This document shows positions 56,411-64,000 of a stretch of DNA of 64,000 bases, in pieces. How positions within the stretch are numbered: the first letter of the stretch is position 1; each line of letters opens with the position of its first letter. The translations under genes and the position numbers were made by a program. The notes under the pieces were generated by a model, which did not search any database, was not told the origin of the DNA, and saw nothing but the letters and a program-made list of their open reading frames with translations. This DNA is from Neoechinorhynchus agilis (lineage: Eukaryota; Animalia; Acanthocephala): contig CM121342.1 in NCBI GenBank assembly GCA_051530055.1, positions 8,509,480-8,573,479 on the forward strand, given 5' to 3'.

Positions 56411-58300
56411 ATTGGTGGTGTAGTGAATGGTCCACGGAGTCGAATGGCTTCGACAAATCCAGTTGAATGAGACGGGTGACGTGGAAGGGATTTTTGTCGA
56501 TGCACAATTTCGTTCATTTAATGAACACAACGAGGCTTAATACCTTTTTACGCTACCATAATATTTTGAATCAGTTTAAACTTTCTGAGCTGAGAAAAAG
56601 AATAATTGTATAATCTTGGTTGAAGCCAAATTGTAGGGGCGATAACTTTTCGTGAAGTGAACGACGAGATTTAAAACATTTTTCTTTGGTTTTTGAAAGA
56701 GCGGGTAGAATGGAAATTGGACGGAATGATACGGCCGAAGTAGGGTGCCCTTTTTTGGAACGATTATAACTTTGGCAGTTTTGAGGCAAGAGGGGTATAT
56801 GCCATATAAGAAGCTGAGGTTTGTAATGTGGGTAAGAAGGTCTATGAGTTTGAGAATGATTCAGGGAAGAGCCCAGTTTGGGATTTCGTGTTGAGAGGAC
56901 GAATTTTTAGGGAATTACATAAGATACTTTAGTACTTCATGTGATGAAACTAAGGGGGATATCGGCGAGTTGACAAAAGTTTCACGCGTGGGCGTGAAAG
57001 ATTATGTGTGGTGTCTGATGTTGTGCAGTAATTGTAGATTGAGTCAAGGCAGAGGTTCTGATTAATGGAATCCAGAACCTGTTTAAATTCAGTGGGGGCA
57101 AATTAGTCCTCACCGTGTTGAACTGCCACCCGAACGAATTTTAGAGGAAAGGAAGTTTTTGCGGGCGATAAGTATTTTTTAGTTAAATCTATTTGTAAAC
57201 GGGGAAAGTCTGGATAATTATTGCGATGGGCTTTAGAAGATTGCTTTTGAAGAAGTTTAAAGATGGCGGTTATCCATGGTGGGTCACAGTTGGAGATTCT
57301 AATGAATTTCTTGTGTATTACGGAAGTTAGCGAATATTTTGTGATCGAACTTAAAGAATGCATGGCCAAGGAAATGTAATTTGTGTTGTAGGAGTGGGAT
57401 GTGCGGATGTTAGAGTTGAATAATTTTATAAAATTATGGATGTGATGATCACGTTTATCCCAGACTGGTAAACAAGAAGATTTCGTACCCTGAGGTGGGG
57501 TGGAGAGAGTGATAAGGGCCAAAGAGTGATCAGAGTTCGCGGAGGGGAGTTTGGAGGCGGATGAGTAGGCGTCGATATTTGCGAACACTTTTGTCGAGGT
57601 GAGCGTCACTCGGAGAAGGATAGAAGAGGAAATAGTTTATTAAATTCTCCTGCAATAAAGAAATGGTGTGAATTTGTGGAGTTTATGAGCTCCATCAAGT
57701 AATCAAGTTGACGTAAAGATGACTCAGCATGAAAGGCAGGAGGGCGATAGACGACAGCAATGGTGGATTCTTTAAAACCCTTTCTTAGACAAGCTGAGAA
57801 ATAGACTGAGATGATTTTAGAATCAGGGTTTTGTAGAGAGCCTATGAGAGATGAAGAGTGTGGTAGTGTTTCTCGCACTAAAATTGAGACCCCCTCCTGA
57901 ACGCTGGAAGGAAAAGTAGTCGGAAAGGATGGTTGAATTGCAATTGACGGGAGTAAACCATGTTTCTGTTAAGATGATTATGTCGGTTTTTGAAAACAAA
58001 GAAATGAGTGATATTTCACATAGTTTAAGGAGGAGACTTCGAGGGTTGGAGTAGATTACGGCGAAGGAAATTTCGGATTTCGTTACATTGAATGTGGAAA
58101 TGAGGGAGATTGGGGTTGCTATGATTGTCGTGCACGGTAAATTAAGGGAGAGCGTCGGTGCAGAAAGCTGATGTTCAAACAATAGATATGACCGGAGCTT
58201 TGAAATTGAACTATTTCCTAAATTATCTCGACACGACATCAATTAAGTTGGAATTCATCTTGTGGAATACTAGTTGGTTTTCAAGCCGACTAGATTGATA
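56410..58300 (-). mobile_element. Degenerate APE-type LINE copy 2 (endonuclease plus N-terminal RT)
   Basis: YSNPRSL...DIIILTETW, IAVVYRPP, FIAGEFN and SDH (APE motifs), PPWIT, FRPISILPALSK, LQFGF, and QLDLSKPFDSVDH. There are many stops and frameshifts. Confidence 0.88.
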
Positions 58301-59229
58301 TAGTTTTGTTTTTCGAAAATGAATACTTCAGAGAATAAGGTCAAGTTGTTGCTTTGGGTGGATAGTATGATTGTTTTTGTGACGTCTCTCACCCAGACAT
58401 TTATTTATTTGATCGAATTTTCGAGACTCACCGGTCTCCTCTTCAGGTCTTGTCAACATTGTTTGCATTCACAACTGAAAAAAAACTTGCAAACAATGTT
58501 GACAACACCTGAAGAGGAGACCGGCGAGTCTCGAAAATTCGATCAAATAAATGTCCGGATGAGTGACGTCACAAAATCGGAAGTTGAAAATCCATGGAAC
58601 GCTCTAAGATTCATACCGAAAGCGTTTTAGAATTCTTCCGCGTAATCATATCGTATTAAGCAAGGTTTAGAAATATGAATTCTGATTTTTATCGCTTTTC
58701 TAAAGCTTGGAAATTCCGGTTATTCTCTTTTCGGTATAATTTTGTACTTCACATCACCCGTTCAATTATCAACAATCGTTTTCTTTGGTCAAATATTCTT
58801 CGGGCTAGTTGACATTTACGCTTACTTTTATTCGTACTTTCCTCTTGCTTATTCATCAACTTCAAACTCGCTCAAAAGTATCGTTTATGCAGTTATCAAA
58901 ATTTTGGCTCTCTTGTTTCCGTAAATAAATTCATTCCGCCCATTTTTGAACAATACGCAAGTTGATGTCTGGCTTAGACACTTGCAAATTTGATATTAGT
59001 CAAAACATTGAATTGAGAACACTTCAATTCCAAACTACTAAGACCAAAGTCAAAAATCTTAGATGGGATTTTTGTCGATATTGACTTAAATGCACTCTAT
59101 TCGATGTATTGAACTCATCGGTTCAGAGAATAGTAATTTTCCTCTTTTGACTTCGACGAAAGTACCCATTTCAGAATTGGCCATATTTTAAGCAACAATT
59201 CTAGGAATCATCGGTAGATAAAATACTTC

Positions 59230-60250
59230 GGGTTAATCAGGTGAAAATAATCAACCGTTCATAACATATTTGATTTATTGGAAATATTTAGCGATTTAAC
59301 CTCGCCTCCTCGGTCGTCATATAAAAAGAGTTTCACAAATTAAGGTTATATTGCTCACGGCATGAAGCCACACGGATCTCTTACATCAAAGAATTGAGAT
59401 AACCACATAGTCTCTAATGCACGGTTAAGAGATTGTACATTCCTCCGGATCCTCAGATACCTCCAGCAAACGGGACTCATCAGTGAGTTTCCTCCCTTCA
59501 GCGGTATTTCATCTCCTTTTGGTTGTGAGTCATAGGCGATCGTTGAATTCGAACGCTTTGACCCTGAAACAGGGATTCTGGGCACGAGTCCACTGGACCA
59601 CCTCTTCACAACTACGAAATGTACAAACTCAGCCAGTTTATCGACTCAGGGAGATCGCTGCATTCCATTTAAAGTTTTACTGGCAAGCCGGTATTGTTTT
59701 CATCATCATTAAATTTAGTCTGCCCCTTCTTGTTCGACTTACTTTTAGGCATAAAGCCAAACCAATTACATCAGAGAAGTGATATAACCACATATCTCTA
59801 ATGAGTACGATTTAGTGATGAAAAAGTAAAAAAACGCCGTTTTTTAGTAAGGAATAATACAATCGCATAGATATAAATAACGATCCATCGCCCCAAACCG
59901 CACCTAGAGGTAAGTGTTTATTAATTCTTAAATGTTACTGGCAAGCCGATTTATTATTTTGATTCAGGTAATTGCATCCTTTCCTCGGCTTTTGGCATAA
60001 GGCCACGGCATGAAGCCACACCGATGATGTAAGAGATCGGTGAAAAACTTACAAGCAATGTCTGAAGAGGTGGATTTTGCCCACGAAATATTAAGTAATA
60101 AGAATATTCCTCGGGGTTTGATCCGCACAACAAGAATATAAAACCTCAATGTGTAAAACCCATTTTTAGATGACTGAGGAGGCGAGGTTACCTCGCGAAA
60201 TATTTCAAATAAATCAAATATGTTATGACCGCATTATTTTCATTAAAAGA
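59230..60250. mobile_element. Foldback-like element with ~110-bp imperfect terminal inverted repeats
   Basis: TGAAAATAAT...CATAACATATTTGATTTATT.GAAATATTT.GCGA..TAACCTCGCCTCCTC.GTC (59243-59335) is the reverse complement of 60150-60245. The interior holds pieces shared with 40640-40990 and 26021-26130. Confidence 0.65.
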
Positions 60251-60399
60251 ATAATTATAGGAATACTTTCCTGAAGATGAATGTGCTCCATTATTGATTC
60301 ACTGAAAGTTTTGCCAAATTCTCAATTTGTGTTATCCTTTATTCTTTAATTTACGGTTTTATTTTCGTTTCTGTGATTTTTGTTCCCTTTAAGAATAAA

Positions 60400-60830
60400 C
60401 TAATTTTATCGCGATTTGAAGACTCAAGCTGCGAGCTCCACTTCTTCGTGTTCGAATCTTGGTCCTAATTTTAGAAATGGGCACTATGCCAAGTTCTCAA
60501 ATTGTGTTATTCTTTTGTTCTTTAATTTCCCTTTTTTTCGTTTGCGTGATTTTTGTTACCTTTAAGAGTAAACTAATTTTCTCTTTATTCGAAGGTTCAA
60601 CCTTCGAGCTCCACTTCTTCGTGTTCGAATCCTGGTCCTGATTTTAGAAATGGGAACTCTTCCAAGTTCTCAATTTGTGTTATTCTTTCATTTTCCTTTT
60701 TGTTTTCGTTTCTGTGATTTTTTTTCCCTTAAAAAATTAACTAATTTTCTCTCCATTCGAAGATTTAACGGTCAAGCTCTACTTCTTCGGTTTCAAATCC
60801 GGGTCCTATGATTTTTAGACATGGGCACGG
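60400..60830. repeat. Degenerate tandem repeat, ~175-190 bp, ~3 copies, running into the start of the TAF1C-like ORF
   Basis: GAGCTCCACTTCTTCGTGTTCGAATC.TGGTCCT.ATTTTAGAAATGGG near 60433, 60606 and (diverged) 60775. Confidence 0.8.
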
Positions 60831-63270
60831 TGCCCATTGTACCAAAGTTTGACAAGAAAACTCAAGAGAATATTTGTGATGGCATATTTTCGCCTTCGAT
60901 TCCAACTTTAACGCCTACGTTCAAAGAAACGAAAGCTTGTCCTACTCCTCACATACTAACTCGAGGGTACACCATTCGCACTCGTCAACCCTTACTTCCA
61001 ATATCGAGCTCATATCAAAAAATTCGCCTTGTAAAAGAGGATCTCTCGAGAATCGATGGAAAAAGGAAGAAGGTTAGTGATATGACTGATAGCAATAGAA
61101 TGAAGTATGATCAACCAGTTAGATCATGCGTTCGAGTTTCAATTGATAACGACCAGATTCGATTGGCACATAGAGTTCGTGATGATCCCAAAGGAATTTA
61201 TTTGGAGACTTATTTATGCAACCATCAAAATCCGATTGATTTCATATTCAATTTAGACTCGCGATGGAACTCCGACTTTCTCATATCGCGAAAAACAAAA
61301 TACATTGGGAGCGAGCATGATATCCACTCGCTTACCTCCGATTTAAAAAGTCTTATATATCTCTACAGCAGTGAGGGCTCGTCATTCTGTAAGTGGCATC
61401 ATTTAACGGACGAAACGCAATCTACGTTCCAGTTCGTTACTGATTGTGCTGACAACTACCAATTCGTTTGTTTAAATCCTTTTTGGGAGAATGAAGCCGT
61501 CTGTATTTCTGGTCAAGGACGAGTTGTCTTGGTCGGCCAACAGTTCCAATCGTTTTTTCACCTTTTTTCAAGTTTTGGCTAAACTGAAACGCAGTTACAA
61601 TCAGATTTGCGTCGAACAAACTAATCAATACATAATATTTCAGACATAAGACACAGCAACGAAAATCCTTTTACTGGTTTGTCGTAGACTCAAAATCGTG
61701 TGGGTTTGAACTTATTTTAAGTTTTGAGCTTGGAAGGTTTTTTTATACTCTTGAATAATTTGTAGCCCAAGAAATTAACAGTATAAATGAGTATTAATGG
61801 GACTAAAATCGAGCTCAGGATTTTTTTTCGTAATATCTCAGACATAGGATAAAACATCGAAAATCTTTTTTACTAATTTATCGTATACTAACTTATTTTA
61901 ATTTTTGAGCTACATGGACGAAACTTTTTTTTGCACTTATATGCGATTTTCGCCCGTATTCGATTGAATCTGTTGACTTAAATGGAGACGAGGACCGAGT
62001 AGTTTTAACGAGTGAATCCGTTTCAATCTGCGAAAAGCAACTACTCCACTCTGCCTTCTCAAACCACCATCCCCGTTGCTTGATCCTATGTTCAGAGTCT
62101 ACATGTATCCTAAAAGACGTTCGATCACCGAACCGATGTTTAAAGCTCTTTTCTAAAAACGACGTTACAAATGGACAGCACGAATATATCCGATCAATTG
62201 GACGCCACTACAATACGAGTGATTCTTTTATCCAATGGTTTGCGTTCGACTCCAACTTTAGTGCGTTTGATATTCGTTATTCTAAAACGTGCCAACCGTG
62301 GTATGCTTCAGCCCATCAACTTCTTTATCCGCCTCATCTTATGAGCTATCTTCCTCTCCCAAACAATAACTCCCTTGTGATACTCAGTGACGGACAGGAC
62401 GTCTGTCTTCATAGATTGTCCGAGAAATACGGCCTCCAGCATCGTATTATTCCCGATATCCGTCTTACATCGGCTTCAGATTTGACAAGTGGATACAGCC
62501 AACTTTTAAGACCGAAGCACACTAACTCTGCAGTCGAAGAGTGTGTAAACTGCTGGACTTTGACGAATGACCACGCCGTTGTTAAAAATAGTTTCCCGAT
62601 TTCCGGAATGGATGTCATCTGCTCCGACAAACGAGTCGCGATATTTCTTTCATTAGAGAGAATCGGTATGGGACTTCACTTATTGGATATTGAGAACATC
62701 GACATCCGTGCTGGTGAAGATGATAATGAGGTTTTGGGTGGAAATTTGCAATTGGCGGACAATTGGGTAGGGCCGGAATACAATGGAACGAAAAAGGAGT
62801 GGCCTCCCGATTACCTGAGAGAACTGTTGGCTTTTTTCACTAACTATACCGATCTAACAGACCATGACGAGCAAATAAATGGATCAGTCGATTGCTTGTT
62901 TCCGGTCACAATTGTTGACGAACATTACACTCCTACGATTGATCCATGTTTGAGCAAATTTATTCCGATTTGGGATTTGAGGAATGCCAGTTTAAGCGCT
63001 GATTACATGCGTAAGTATTCGAAGGATACTTTAGTAGAGAAGTTAATGAAGCAATCCAAGGGTCATTGTTGTCCTTCGAGGTATAAAGAAACCGACGATG
63101 GTAAACCACTTCTATCTTACGAGGCAATAATTGACGAGAATTTAAAATACATCAGGGAAATCAGCAAACAGGCTTCAGAGGTGGACGACCGGATTGTTTT
63201 AAGGATATTGCGCCCATGGTTTGAAAAATCAGCCGAATTGAAATTAAACTTTATTGACTCTGAAGACTGA
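60821..63270 (+). CDS. TAF1C-like (RNA polymerase I SL1 subunit C) beta-propeller protein, 2 exons (preferred 60821-61534 and 61981-63270)
   Basis: Two long ORFs in different frames. Motifs C.NP....E..C.S..G.V.L, F..HPR.L and FDIR.....P.....H.L..PP resemble TAF1C in order and spacing. The family call is from memory of the alignment and needs an HMM check. Confidence 0.55.
61535..61980 (+). other. Structured non-canonical intron candidate (446 nt) in the TAF1C-like gene
   Basis: CAACAGTTCCAATCG (61538-61552) pairs with CGATTGAATCTGTTG (61961-61975) at 13/15 positions. The element ends ac-TTA|A and the upstream codon is GTC. Confidence 0.72.
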
Positions 63271-63588
63271 ATCAAAAATGTGTGCTACTTTGGGCGTATT
63301 TTGTGTTTTATGGTAAATTTGCATAAATGTCGCAAATATGGGGTCAAGTATCTTTAAACTTTGAGTACTATCGAATGTGTTTTTTCTCTCTTTCTTTAAT
63401 TGCTGTGAAAAATGCCGTTTATTGCTTATTCAGATATAAGTAACTTCTTAATTAGAAAATAGTCGCTCATTTATGTTTCCTTATTTCCCTTTTCTAAGAT
63501 TTTGTTACTGTTATTTAAATATTCTTCATAAAAAAGAAGAGACATTTCTAGCTGTCCCCCGTCCAACCAGAATTTTGATTTTAAACTA

Positions 63589-63946
63589 TTAAATACCCGA
63601 AACGCACTTCTCTCTTTTTTGTCTAGATTGTAAGTCGTCCCGGAATTTTAAACTCGGAACTGGAGAAACACTCATTTGCGATGACTGTTTTTTCCGCATG
63701 CCGTCTAGAAGTTTTGAACATTCGCTGCTATGCACGAAGGTGACTGCATCCACTTCACAAAGATTAGTCATTTGAACACAAGCGACCCACACACACTAAA
63801 TACGCCTCTGCTTGCATCGAATAAAGTACAAGATTTTTACTCATTCCATCCTCAAAAAATCTCTTTGCTTTTCCAAGCGACCTTTCACTCAAAATGAACA
63901 GAGCATGGGAAACATACGGCCCGATCGGCCTCTGCCTGGGCTGCAT
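63589..63946 (-). CDS. Possible 3-prime part of an unknown gene entering from the right edge
   Basis: Two short ORFs can be joined in phase by a 34-nt GT-AG intron (GTACTT...ATTTAG). No recognisable motif. Confidence 0.25.
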
Positions 63947-64000
63947 GCTTATGCCACTTGGTTTAATTCTTCAAGCATTAGAAATCGCTAGAATCTACCG

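Overview
AT-rich, compact eukaryotic window from a bilaterian invertebrate, inferred from a Hox5/Scr-type homeobox gene, NALCN and many 40-120 nt introns. It is not prokaryotic and has no CRISPR arrays or RNA genes I can support. Genes: Enhancer of polycomb (-), eIF3g (-), spermidine synthase (+), NALCN (-), a solitary Scr/Hox5-like gene (+), GPAT3/4 (+), ALG2 (-), SLC25A39/40 (+), DNA ligase I (-), a TAF1C-like gene (+) and a partial unknown gene at the right edge. Between them lie four large tandem arrays (~180, 289, 349 and ~277 bp units) and remnants of Penelope, Gypsy, APE-type LINE and CRE-type RLE retroelements. Main discovery: six interruptions in five housekeeping genes (SRM, GPAT, SLC25A39/40, LIG1 twice, TAF1C-like) either cannot be removed as GT-AG introns or leave indels at conserved motifs when removed that way. 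All six have 14-20 nt imperfect terminal inverted repeats, end in TTA or ATA just after the right arm, are followed by a purine, and follow an xTN codon. Removing them at that point restores the conserved protein spacing. The ~35 introns traced in NALCN, EPC, Hox and eIF3g are ordinary GT-AG. This points to a second, structure-defined intron class (probably derived from TA-targeting transposons) or to IES-like DNA elimination. NALCN also has two mutually exclusive domain-II pore exons, giving EKEE or an unusually divergent EDEE filter. Exact boundaries of the structured introns are uncertain by up to one codon without cDNA.
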